A DNA stretch of 52,586 nucleotides. It comes from an uncultured Fidelibacterota bacterium (GTDB taxonomy: Bacteria; Fidelibacterota; Marinisomatia; Marinisomatales; UBA1611). The DNA lies in NCBI GenBank assembly GCA_913040915.1, contig CAJWHW010000012.1, positions 1 through 52,586 of the forward strand. Reading direction: 5' to 3'. Of the stretch, positions 28,203 through 36,903 are shown one piece after another (position 1 is the stretch's first letter; each line of letters begins with the position of its first letter). A model generated the notes under the pieces. It was not told where the DNA came from and searched no databases. It saw nothing but the letters and a program-made list of their open reading frames with translations. Made by a program: the position numbers and the translations under genes.

Positions 28203-28240
28203 AATAGTAATTAAATATTTTAATGAAAAAGGAAAATACA

Positions 28241-28876
28241 ATGAAAAATTTCTTAAAGTACATCAAAAGCACAAAGGGCCAGTCTCTTGCTGAATTTGCT
28301 GTAACAACAGCAATGATGGCTACGCTGGCAACCACAGCTGCACCAAAATTTTCCGGTGTTGGTGAAGGTGCTAAAGAGAAAAAAACATTGGCTGATATTG
28401 ATAAAATCATGAAATCTGCCAACAACTTCTACAATGCAAAAGTAACCACTGATGGTCGTGGCCGTTTTCCTGGTCAATCCAAGTATAACGAAACCGTACC
28501 CGATAATAATGGTGGCTATGCAACAGAAGATCTGCTTCTAGCAGGACTTGAAAACTTCACTACTTATGACGCAGAAGAAGCTGGTAAATGGGCATCTATC
28601 TTTGGCAGGAGTAATGATGAAGCGACTGCTCCAAGTGGCAATCAGATTAACCCATCAGAAGATGATAATGATAATGGTTCATTTGATCTTTACGTTGGCG
28701 CTGAAGAATTCCTAAACGAATTTGGTGGAAACGCTATTAAGAGCCCTTTCCAGGATGGTCACTACATCTATACAGTGATTGCTGGTTCTGGATCCGGGAC
28801 AAGCTCCGTTTCACCAATTCTCTACATAGCAGACTTGGAAAGTCCAAAGAACTTTAACAAAAAACTTCAACCGTAA
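28241..28876 (+). CDS. Atypical type IV pilin-like protein D
   Basis: AAGGA RBS before ATG 28241 (alternative start 28223); KG|QSLAEFAVTTAMMATLATTAAP; GRGRFPG and SPFQDGHY shared with A-C. Confidence 0.82.
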   Translation: MKNFLKYIKSTKGQSLAEFAVTTAMMATLATTAAPKFSGVGEGAKEKKTLADIDKIMKSANNFYNAKVTTDGRGRFPGQSKYNETVPDNNGGYATEDLLLAGLENFTTYDAEEAGKWASIFGRSNDEATAPSGNQINPSEDDNDNGSFDLYVGAEEFLNEFGGNAIKSPFQDGHYIYTVIAGSGSGTSSVSPILYIADLESPKNFNKKLQP

Positions 28877-28943
28877 ATCATTAAACAAACCAGTAACTTT
28901 GAAGCACACCACAACCAAAGGAAAAAATAACAAGGAGTCAAAA

Positions 28944-29378
28944 ATGAAAGACACTAAAGGATTCACCCTGATTGAATTAATTATGGTCACAATCATATTA
29001 GGTATTTTAGCTGCCGTTGCTATCCCTCGATATATGACATCCGTTGCAGCTGCTGAAGCTGCTGCTGAAGACGCAGTAATCTCGAGTATCAGAGCCGGTT
29101 TAGAAAACTATGCTACTGAACAGCTTATGAGTGGCGGCCGTCGTACATGGCCAACTAATCCGTTTGATGCACTGGATACAACACCATCCGGCTATTCAGC
29201 TAGTGATAGCGATGATGCAGATACCGATGGCGAATGGACCTTTAACACTACTACCAATAATATTACTCACCAACGTGATGATAATACCCGCTACCACTGG
29301 GATTACGAAAAAGGCGTACAGACTGGTGATAATGCGAATGTTGGTACCTTAGGTGCAAGAGAATCAGGCGTAAACTAA
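28944..29378 (+). CDS. pilA: Canonical type IV pilin (PilA/MshA-like)
   Basis: AAGGAG RBS; MKDTKG|FTLIELIMVTIILGILAAVAIPRY. Confidence 0.9.
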   Translation: MKDTKGFTLIELIMVTIILGILAAVAIPRYMTSVAAAEAAAEDAVISSIRAGLENYATEQLMSGGRRTWPTNPFDALDTTPSGYSASDSDDADTDGEWTFNTTTNNITHQRDDNTRYHWDYEKGVQTGDNANVGTLGARESGVN

Positions 29379-29443
29379 TCGCTGAAATTTTATATTAGTC
29401 CGAAAATTCTTATAGATCAGGAACTAATAGCAAAATAATCCAT

Positions 29444-29476
29444 AAAAAGGCTTCGGTTAATTCCGAAGCCTTTTTT
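29444..29476 (+). terminator. Rho-independent terminator after pilA
   Basis: AAAAAGGCTTCGG-TTAATT-CCGAAGCCTTTTTT. Confidence 0.9.
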
Positions 29477-29512
29477 AATTAATGGGCACACTATTTGTGG
29501 CTATATATAAAA

Positions 29513-29989
29513 ATGAAAAAATTTGTTAAATCAACAAAAGGTTTTACCATGATGGAATTCGTGGTTACTCTGGCCATTATGGGCATTCTCATGAGTGTAG
29601 CTGTCCCTTCCTTCTATAATGTAAGGATACAGCTACAGGAACGACAGGGAGTGACCAATATGAATATTATAAGGGAAACATTTTTCCATTATTTTTATCA
29701 GACTCATATGGCTGGAAATCCCCATTTTCCGCCAACACCCAATAATGAAGAGAAATTAATGGATTCGGACTGGGCGTCCACACCTATTGATTCCATCAAC
29801 TCACCGGTATCGCCAAGACAACTTTTTTCTAATGGGGAAATGCCCAGAAATTTAAACCGCCATCCTTTTGCCTATGAAACCTGGAATGATACAGTTAGGG
29901 CAACCGGTGAAATCATTTATTATATTAAAATTTCGGATGTGGATGAAGATAGTCCTTCTTTCGAAAAATCCTTTACTCATGCCATATAA
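29513..29989 (+). CDS. Type IV minor pilin
   Basis: KG|FTMMEFVVTLAIMGILMSVAVP; ATG 29513. Confidence 0.87.
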   Translation: MKKFVKSTKGFTMMEFVVTLAIMGILMSVAVPSFYNVRIQLQERQGVTNMNIIRETFFHYFYQTHMAGNPHFPPTPNNEEKLMDSDWASTPIDSINSPVSPRQLFSNGEMPRNLNRHPFAYETWNDTVRATGEIIYYIKISDVDEDSPSFEKSFTHAI

Positions 29990-30024
29990 ACTTGTATTCT
30001 TCTGGTTGGAAACGAAAACCGGCC

Positions 30025-30519
30025 ATGAAAAAAGAGTTAAAAAATAAGATAAAAAAATCTTTTCCCGGGTTCTCACTCACTGAACTCATAATTATTATTA
30101 TTCTCATCGGTATATTTGCTACCATGGCCATGACCCGTACCCGGACAGGGATGGCAACCATCCAGATGCAGATAGCCATCGATCAAATCACCAGCGATAT
30201 CGAACTGGCAAAATCAATGGCATTTGCAAAGCATGATACAATCACCCTTTCTTTTTCAACAGCACAAGATCACTATACCATTTACAGTGGGCCCGATGGA
30301 TCCCGATCAACCATAAGCGATTTTCCTAATAGCAATGGTGGTGTGATTTCCTTTAACAATGCAGATTTTAGAGAAGTGGATATTTCAGCTGCTAATTTTG
30401 GAGGCTCAGCGGAGCTTCAATTCCTCCCTCTAGGCGAACCTAAATCCGGTGGCAGTGTCGTGCTCAATTCAAAAACAATTTCGGTTGAGCCTGTCACAGG
30501 GAAATGGAGCGTAAATTGA
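30025..30519 (+). CDS. Minor pilin, FimT/GspH/MshC-like
   Basis: PG|FSLTELIIIIILIGIFA; DIELAKSMA, LQFLPLGEP, ISVEPVTG. Confidence 0.85.
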   Translation: MKKELKNKIKKSFPGFSLTELIIIIILIGIFATMAMTRTRTGMATIQMQIAIDQITSDIELAKSMAFAKHDTITLSFSTAQDHYTIYSGPDGSRSTISDFPNSNGGVISFNNADFREVDISAANFGGSAELQFLPLGEPKSGGSVVLNSKTISVEPVTGKWSVN

Positions 30520-31001
30520 ACAAATTAACATCAAGATCATTTACAGGATTCACTCTGATAGAGGTGATGGTGGTTTTGATTCTACTGACTCTCTCTTTCA
30601 TGGTATTTTTACAGGCCTTAAATACAGGAAAAACAGTTCGCAGCAATTCAGAATTGAGAACAGTTCAGGCTCTGATTTTAAACAGCCTTCAGCAGGAGAT
30701 TCGAGCACGAAAATATGACCACAATGATTCTAAACCGTGGTCCGGCGTTTTGGGCCCTGAGTCAGGTGAAAGTGCGATATCTTCTTTTAATGATATCGAT
30801 GATTTCCATCAATATGCAATTGCATCTGTTGATGGAAATGATGCCTACAGCTGCTTTGTGGAAGTAAGTTATGTTCAAGCAGCAGATGGTTTCCAAACAG
30901 AGCAATCCAACCCAACTGATTTTAAATCTGTACTGGTGAGAGTTTCCCACAAAACTCTGCCACCGTTAACCGATATAATGATTATTAGCTCTGGATTTTG
31001 A
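30504..31001 (+). CDS. Minor pilin, PilV/MshD-like
   Basis: TG|FTLIEVMVVLILL; FNDIDDFH motif. Confidence 0.85.
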   Translation: MERKLNKLTSRSFTGFTLIEVMVVLILLTLSFMVFLQALNTGKTVRSNSELRTVQALILNSLQQEIRARKYDHNDSKPWSGVLGPESGESAISSFNDIDDFHQYAIASVDGNDAYSCFVEVSYVQAADGFQTEQSNPTDFKSVLVRVSHKTLPPLTDIMIISSGF

Positions 31002-31002
31002 T

Positions 31003-31563
31003 TTGAAAAATAAAAAACAAAAAGGATTTACACTCATAGAAATGATTCTGGTCATCGTAGCCGTCGGTATTATTGGCTCTATGGCAGCAACCATGTTATT
31101 TCAGGGTGCAGATGTTTTTGTTTCAGAAACCAACCGTCAGGGATTCGTTAGCGCAAACCGGTCCGCTTTCTGGAAGTTAATGCGGGAAACACAAGGCCAA
31201 AACTCACCGAATGATTTTACACTATCGGATCATAACAGCCTTTATTTGAGAAATGTGAGCGGGGCGCAGAAGGAATATCAAACTTCTTCCCCAGGAACCT
31301 TTAATTATAGAGAAGGCTCGGGCAGTTATAATTCATTGTCTAATTCATATCATTATGAACTGTCTACAGGGTTTCAATTTTATAATTCTAATTTTTCACT
31401 CATTACTCCTTCAAGCGGCGGTCTGTCTCTCACGCAAGCAAAAACAGTTAAACTCTCGAAACTGGATATGTCATTTGTAAGTGATACTGATACATTGTCC
31501 CTATCAACATATGTTTATCCGCAAAATTTTCGATTCGGCACCAAAATGACTTTTCACGACTAA
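31003..31563 (+). CDS. Minor pilin, PilW/MshO-like
   Basis: KG|FTLIEMILVIVAVGIIG; TTG start. Confidence 0.85.
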   Translation: MKNKKQKGFTLIEMILVIVAVGIIGSMAATMLFQGADVFVSETNRQGFVSANRSAFWKLMRETQGQNSPNDFTLSDHNSLYLRNVSGAQKEYQTSSPGTFNYREGSGSYNSLSNSYHYELSTGFQFYNSNFSLITPSSGGLSLTQAKTVKLSKLDMSFVSDTDTLSLSTYVYPQNFRFGTKMTFHD

Positions 31564-33443
31564 TGAATAGAAATCACCATAGGAAAAGCGAATCAGGTGT
31601 AATCCTTATGGCATCTACCATGGGAATCTTTATTATATTAAGTATTTTTGCTTTTTATCTAGCAAGGTTCTCGGTAACAGAATCCAGAACCGGTGGATAT
31701 TACATGCTGGATATTAAGGCAAGGAATCTTGCTATGACCGGTTTGGAACATGGAATTCAGTCTTATAAATCGTCTCGAAGTCTGTCAAATATCAACGGCT
31801 CATTCAATAATGGGAATTACAAAGTTGAGTTTGATGATTCCAATGATGAATCAGGATCTCCCCTTCCTCATTCAAATTATATTATGATGAAGAGTAAGTC
31901 TACAATCAATGATGTAGAACGCAATTTGAGGATTATAATTTCTTCCATGCCAGAAGCATTCTGTTTCTCATACTATGGAAACAATGCGAGTAACCAGACC
32001 TTTACAGAACCAAATGGTAATATAAACGGAGACATGTTTTATAATGGGAATGTCCAATCTAACAGTGGAACAAATAGCGGTACAACCTATACCAGTACAG
32101 GTATTGGAGGAACACTACTGTCTTCCCCTCCATCATTCCCCGATCTGGATATAACTCTTTATGAAAATTTATTAAATGCAGCCGCAGCTGCTACGGGCGC
32201 ATATGTTAATTATGCTTTAGAATTTAATGGTAGTGATAATGTGCGTATTGAAAGCAGTTCAGATATTAATCTTGGCATTCATGGTCAGCGGACAATAGAA
32301 GCATGGTTTAATACAAACAACAAGAACAGTGGCACTAGACAGGTTATATTTGAAGAAGGCGGTGGTACTCGAGGCTTAAATATCTATATCGTAAGTGGTC
32401 GACTTTATGTTGGAGGATGGAATAGGAGATCAAACGAAAGTAATTGGACACCCGGTACATGGATGTACACGACAGCATTTAATAATAATACCTGGTATCA
32501 CGTTGCTTTAACACTCAACGGTGGTTCATCCGTTTCGGCTAATGCATTAAAATTCTATTTAAATGGTTCCTTGATTTCTAGTGGATCAGGGTCTCAGCTT
32601 TGGGGACATAATCCCGCCAATATTGGACGTACCATCAGCGGCTCCAGATACCACAATGGAACCGGGAATGGATATTCATTTAATGGGGAAATTGATGAAG
32701 TGCGCATTTGGAATGTCGAGCGATCTGCCAGTCAGATTGCTGCAAAAAAAGATACAATTCTCTCCGGGAATGAAACGGGATTAACAGCCTATTATAATTT
32801 TCAGGAAAATAATGATAGTAAAGCAAATGATACACAGACAGAATCAAATAATGATGGCACAATATCAGGAGCAACCTGGACAAGTGGACCAAATTTGGGA
32901 AAAATGAATAACTCTTTATTCTCAGGTGTTACAATTAATTTAAATAATTATCCTGATAATAAACTTCTGGTAAACGACGATTTAAACATTTCTAACTGTA
33001 CAATAAACGGACCGGGTTACATTGTTGCAGATGGCAGTATAAGCATTAGTACAAATTCAACAGTAAATGGTAATGTTTTTATAGTTAGTGAAGGAACAAT
33101 GGATATAGACAACTCTCAAGTCGGGACAAGTCTTAGTGCGTCGGTTATACTTTATTCAAAAGATGATGCTGAATACAGTAATTCAACCATCTATGGCTGC
33201 ATTATATCAAAGGGAGATGATTTAATCATAGATGGGTCTACTCTACGCGGTGCAGTTTTAAATTACAGCAGCAGCTTTTCTCTAAGGGGTAATACTAATA
33301 TTACAGGGTCTGTTGTATCCTACCATTCTGCAGAATTTGTAGGTGGCTCTATCTCAGTCTCAAAAGGTGATTTACCTCTGTTTGCAGGGTATGATATTGG
33401 TCTGGACCCAATGGTTATCCCGGGTTCGTATTTAGAATATTAA
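31563..33443 (+). CDS. PilX/MshP-like pilin fused to a LamG (concanavalin-like) domain and a beta-solenoid-like C-terminus
   Basis: SG|VILM (no E5, PilX-type), KARNLAMTGLE.G; RTIEAWF, WYHVALT, KFYLNG, FNGEIDEVRIWN; ends IPGSYLEY. Confidence 0.82.
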   Translation: MNRNHHRKSESGVILMASTMGIFIILSIFAFYLARFSVTESRTGGYYMLDIKARNLAMTGLEHGIQSYKSSRSLSNINGSFNNGNYKVEFDDSNDESGSPLPHSNYIMMKSKSTINDVERNLRIIISSMPEAFCFSYYGNNASNQTFTEPNGNINGDMFYNGNVQSNSGTNSGTTYTSTGIGGTLLSSPPSFPDLDITLYENLLNAAAAATGAYVNYALEFNGSDNVRIESSSDINLGIHGQRTIEAWFNTNNKNSGTRQVIFEEGGGTRGLNIYIVSGRLYVGGWNRRSNESNWTPGTWMYTTAFNNNTWYHVALTLNGGSSVSANALKFYLNGSLISSGSGSQLWGHNPANIGRTISGSRYHNGTGNGYSFNGEIDEVRIWNVERSASQIAAKKDTILSGNETGLTAYYNFQENNDSKANDTQTESNNDGTISGATWTSGPNLGKMNNSLFSGVTINLNNYPDNKLLVNDDLNISNCTINGPGYIVADGSISISTNSTVNGNVFIVSEGTMDIDNSQVGTSLSASVILYSKDDAEYSNSTIYGCIISKGDDLIIDGSTLRGAVLNYSSSFSLRGNTNITGSVVSYHSAEFVGGSISVSKGDLPLFAGYDIGLDPMVIPGSYLEY

Positions 33444-33580
33444 TTTTAGTTCGGCTATAGGGTTATCTTTCTCTCTAATTTTCATTAAATTTATCGGCAG
33501 ATGAACGGGGGTGTTAGCTCCGTTTTTCACCGGTTTTGGAAAAAATCGGATTTTATTGAATCGAATTCAGAGGTTTCAAC

Positions 33581-34009
33581 ATGGTAAATCCCATGATAAT
33601 TATCCTTGCAATCGGAGTAATATCCGCGGTTTTTGGCACCCTATTAATCTTCGCACCTGAAGCCATTTTAAAAGCAGAAAGACAGGCCAATCGTCTGTTT
33701 ATGACAGATACAGCATTTTTAAAAAACAGAATTCCCATTGGGATAGGTTTATTGGGAGCATCAGGTTTTTTAGGTTATACCTATGCTTCAAACCCAATAA
33801 ATGAATTAGTCTTTTTAGTGACTGCTATCATTGCCGGCGTCTTTGGCATATTGCTTCTCGTTTCACCAAATACAATACTGAAAGCAGAAAGACAGGCCAA
33901 TAAATTATATATGACAGATGCCTTCTTCTTAAGACACCGTATCGTAATAGGAATCGGGCTGCTGTTGGCATCGGTATTCATGGTGTATACCTACTTATCA
34001 TTCGCCTAA
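33581..34009 (+). CDS. Hypothetical 4-TM membrane protein made of two 70-aa repeats
   Basis: P..ILKAERQAN.L.MTD..FL..RI.IGIGLL.AS occurs twice. Confidence 0.75.
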   Translation: MVNPMIIILAIGVISAVFGTLLIFAPEAILKAERQANRLFMTDTAFLKNRIPIGIGLLGASGFLGYTYASNPINELVFLVTAIIAGVFGILLLVSPNTILKAERQANKLYMTDAFFLRHRIVIGIGLLLASVFMVYTYLSFA

Positions 34010-34032
34010 CAATTTAGACTGGAGAATTTTCA

Positions 34033-36903
34033 TTGAATCTATTTGATTCAATCGGACTAAAAGCAGATCCTTTTTCAACGTCGCCCAACGTTGATCTTTT
34101 TTATCCTGCTGTACAGCATCGCCAATGCCTTGAAGGCCTAGAATTGGCAGTTAGAATGCGTCGAGGATTATCTGTAATCAGGGGTGGCATCGGTGTAGGG
34201 AAAACCACCATAAGCCGAAAATTAATCCAGAACTTCAAAGCTGAATCTGATGATTTTGATTTTTATCTGATTCTAGACCCAAAATTTGAATCGGAGCTCA
34301 TTCTTTTAAAATATATAATTAAATTATTTGGCATTACAAATTCCGGTGAATCTGTCCAGGAGTGCAGAAATATCATTGAAAACTATCTTCTAAAAGTTGG
34401 TGTTGAGCAGGGAAAAACACTGGTTTTAATTGTTGATGAAGGACAAAACCTTCCCGGTGAAATGCTCGATGTCTTCAGAACCCTCTTAAATTTTGAAACA
34501 GATGAGTTCAAACTTCTACAGCTCATTATATTTGGTCAGCCTGAAATGGGAACCATGATCCATGAATATCCAAATTTCGAAGACCGAATTTCTTTTGATT
34601 TTGAAATAGGTCCCATTGGATTGGAAGATATGAAAGGTATGATTGATCACCGTATTGAAATTTCAGGCGGAGAACCAAATAGTTGGTTTACGGAGAATGC
34701 TATTTTAAAAATCCATAAAAATACCCAAGGCTATCCACGTAAAGTAACACAACTTTGTCATCAGCTTTTACTAACTATGATTAGTGAAAATAAGACTGAA
34801 ATTAGTACGGAGATGGTTCAGAGGGTCATCTCCGGAAAAGTGAATACTGGCGGGCTATTGCAACAAAAGAAAAAGAATTACAGTGAGATTGCAGTCAATA
34901 AACTATTAGATGTTTTACGAAAAGATCAACCAGATAAAGAAGATCAACCAGAGCCCGTCTTTGAAGATGGGCAGGATGACGATTGGATTGGCGGAGGTAA
35001 AGAACAACCTGTCCCTGAACAAGAAATCGAAGAAACCAAGCAAGAGCTAGATCCTGTAAACACTCCTGAGCAAAACCCAATTGAAAAGCCTATTGTAACA
35101 GATAGCAAAGATGAAACTGTTGATCAACCAGTTTTAAATCCAACAGAAGATGTATTACCAAGACCTGGAAAATACCCAAGTAATATTCCTCCAAAAAAGA
35201 TTCCACTAGATAATACTATATTGGGCATTGGTGTTGATAGCGGCAGACTAACATCTGTTTTGATTGAAGAAGTAAAAGGAATTAAAACGCTATTAGCGTA
35301 TAATATCCATTCATCAAAATCACGAAACCTGGATCCTGCAAAAAACCCAACTGAGTTTTCTTCAAGCTGCGATGAAGCACTGATCAAACTGGATGACCAT
35401 TTTTCGGACAGATTGGAACTTTATAAATCAGCTGCTAAATCTTTAAAATCCAGAAATACCATTTCTCTCAATATAAATGATGATCGTATGTTGATGAAAC
35501 TGGTTGAAATTCCTAAAGAGAATAATAAAGATAAAAAACAAATCATCGAATGGGCTATCCGCAAAGGGTTACCCTTCCCAGCAGAAGATGCAATCTTTCA
35601 TTACACAGCAGGTTACAAGGAGCATATGAATGTGGGGATTGGTGATAAAAGTGCGCTGGTAGGTACAAGTACATTATTAAATGATTTAGAATGGGAAGTG
35701 CGGTGGTGGCACCCAACGGCGCAGGCAGTTTACAATGCATTCATCTGGAATTATCCAGAGCATCGTCAAAAAACCACCCTAATTCTTCATATTGGTGAGA
35801 ATTCGAGTGTCTTGATTGGCTGTGTTCGCTCTACAATACGCGTTGTCGAAACTCTTCGCATTGGTTTACAAAGCTTGACTGATTCCATGAGAGACCAAGG
35901 ACATTCGACAGAAAACTGGCACGAACGAGATAAATTTCAAGTCCCAGAATCATTTCTTAGGGCTTTTGGAAAATCTGTAAAATCTGGAGAATATGACGAT
36001 ATTTTCCGCCCTGTATTTGACAGTTGGCGTCAAGAAATTGATCGTACAATTAATAGTATTAGGAAAGACTTTATCATTTCTGAAGATACGGAAGTCCTGC
36101 TTAGTGGTTCTGCAGGTGATATACAATATTTTGATCAATTTATCTCAGGAAGCCTGGGCCTGCAAACCCAATTTTTGAACCCGGTTCGAAACCTCGCTAT
36201 TTCACCTAGTGAAGACGCGCGAAATAATTTCGCCTTCCACCCTACTCTACTTACTTCTGCAATCGGATCCGCCCTTACTCTCCCAGGTTCAGTCAATGTA
36301 TTGCCGATGACATTAAAACAAAATGAAATCTTTCGTTGGGCAAATAGGATTAGCGCCCCCTTGGCAGCTGCACTTTTGGTTATTTTATTTGGTGTCACAG
36401 GAACTACAAAAGTGGATTTTAATTCAATCAACTCTGATATAAAACCGCTTCAAAATGAGACAAATGATTTATCTTACGTACAGGAAGAGCATTCCCTGCT
36501 GACCCGAAATAAAAATAATGTTAGAGACCAACTAGACCTGCTCAGTTATGATACTGAATATTTTAAACGTGTTCTGGCTATCACCCGATTTTTGAGTTAT
36601 AACACGCCGAAAGAAATAATAATGGAAAGGATTAGTTACCAGCAGGGCTGGGAAGTAAAAAAATATAAGAAGATGGGCCGCGATTTAGTCCAGTTAGTGG
36701 AAATGGAAGATGAAGATAAACGCACATTGAGATTAATTGGTGATTTAAAAGCAAATCCCGCATTAAAAGATCGATATTTCAATAATTTTATTTTGCAGCT
36801 AGAAGAATCTGGGCTATTCCAGACAGTAGAAGTAGTCTTTCAAAATTCACAAGCCAGCATCGGAACGGATCATTTACAATTTGAACTGAAGTGTATCATA
36901 TAA
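34033..36903 (+). CDS. Fusion of ExeA/MshM-like AAA ATPase, PilM-like actin fold and PilN-like TM/periplasmic domain
   Basis: GL..DPFSTSP, GGIGVGKTT, LIVDEGQNL, FGQPE, GYPRKV..LC; acidic Pro-rich linker; LGIGVDSG, LHIGENSS, VLLSGSAG, AIGSAL; VNVLP plus TM helix. Confidence 0.8.
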   Translation: MNLFDSIGLKADPFSTSPNVDLFYPAVQHRQCLEGLELAVRMRRGLSVIRGGIGVGKTTISRKLIQNFKAESDDFDFYLILDPKFESELILLKYIIKLFGITNSGESVQECRNIIENYLLKVGVEQGKTLVLIVDEGQNLPGEMLDVFRTLLNFETDEFKLLQLIIFGQPEMGTMIHEYPNFEDRISFDFEIGPIGLEDMKGMIDHRIEISGGEPNSWFTENAILKIHKNTQGYPRKVTQLCHQLLLTMISENKTEISTEMVQRVISGKVNTGGLLQQKKKNYSEIAVNKLLDVLRKDQPDKEDQPEPVFEDGQDDDWIGGGKEQPVPEQEIEETKQELDPVNTPEQNPIEKPIVTDSKDETVDQPVLNPTEDVLPRPGKYPSNIPPKKIPLDNTILGIGVDSGRLTSVLIEEVKGIKTLLAYNIHSSKSRNLDPAKNPTEFSSSCDEALIKLDDHFSDRLELYKSAAKSLKSRNTISLNINDDRMLMKLVEIPKENNKDKKQIIEWAIRKGLPFPAEDAIFHYTAGYKEHMNVGIGDKSALVGTSTLLNDLEWEVRWWHPTAQAVYNAFIWNYPEHRQKTTLILHIGENSSVLIGCVRSTIRVVETLRIGLQSLTDSMRDQGHSTENWHERDKFQVPESFLRAFGKSVKSGEYDDIFRPVFDSWRQEIDRTINSIRKDFIISEDTEVLLSGSAGDIQYFDQFISGSLGLQTQFLNPVRNLAISPSEDARNNFAFHPTLLTSAIGSALTLPGSVNVLPMTLKQNEIFRWANRISAPLAAALLVILFGVTGTTKVDFNSINSDIKPLQNETNDLSYVQEEHSLLTRNKNNVRDQLDLLSYDTEYFKRVLAITRFLSYNTPKEIIMERISYQQGWEVKKYKKMGRDLVQLVEMEDEDKRTLRLIGDLKANPALKDRYFNNFILQLEESGLFQTVEVVFQNSQASIGTDHLQFELKCII

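Noticed and set aside
25259..28876. Calling the four paralogs Tad/Flp pilus components or c-type cytochromes
   Set aside because: No TadA/TadB/TadC/RcpC genes in the window, and the proteins are far longer than Flp. CxxC is followed by Pro, not His, so there is no CxxCH heme motif.
28944..29378. Electrically conductive e-pilin
   Set aside because: Full-length pilin with long aromatic-free stretches and no cytochrome genes nearby
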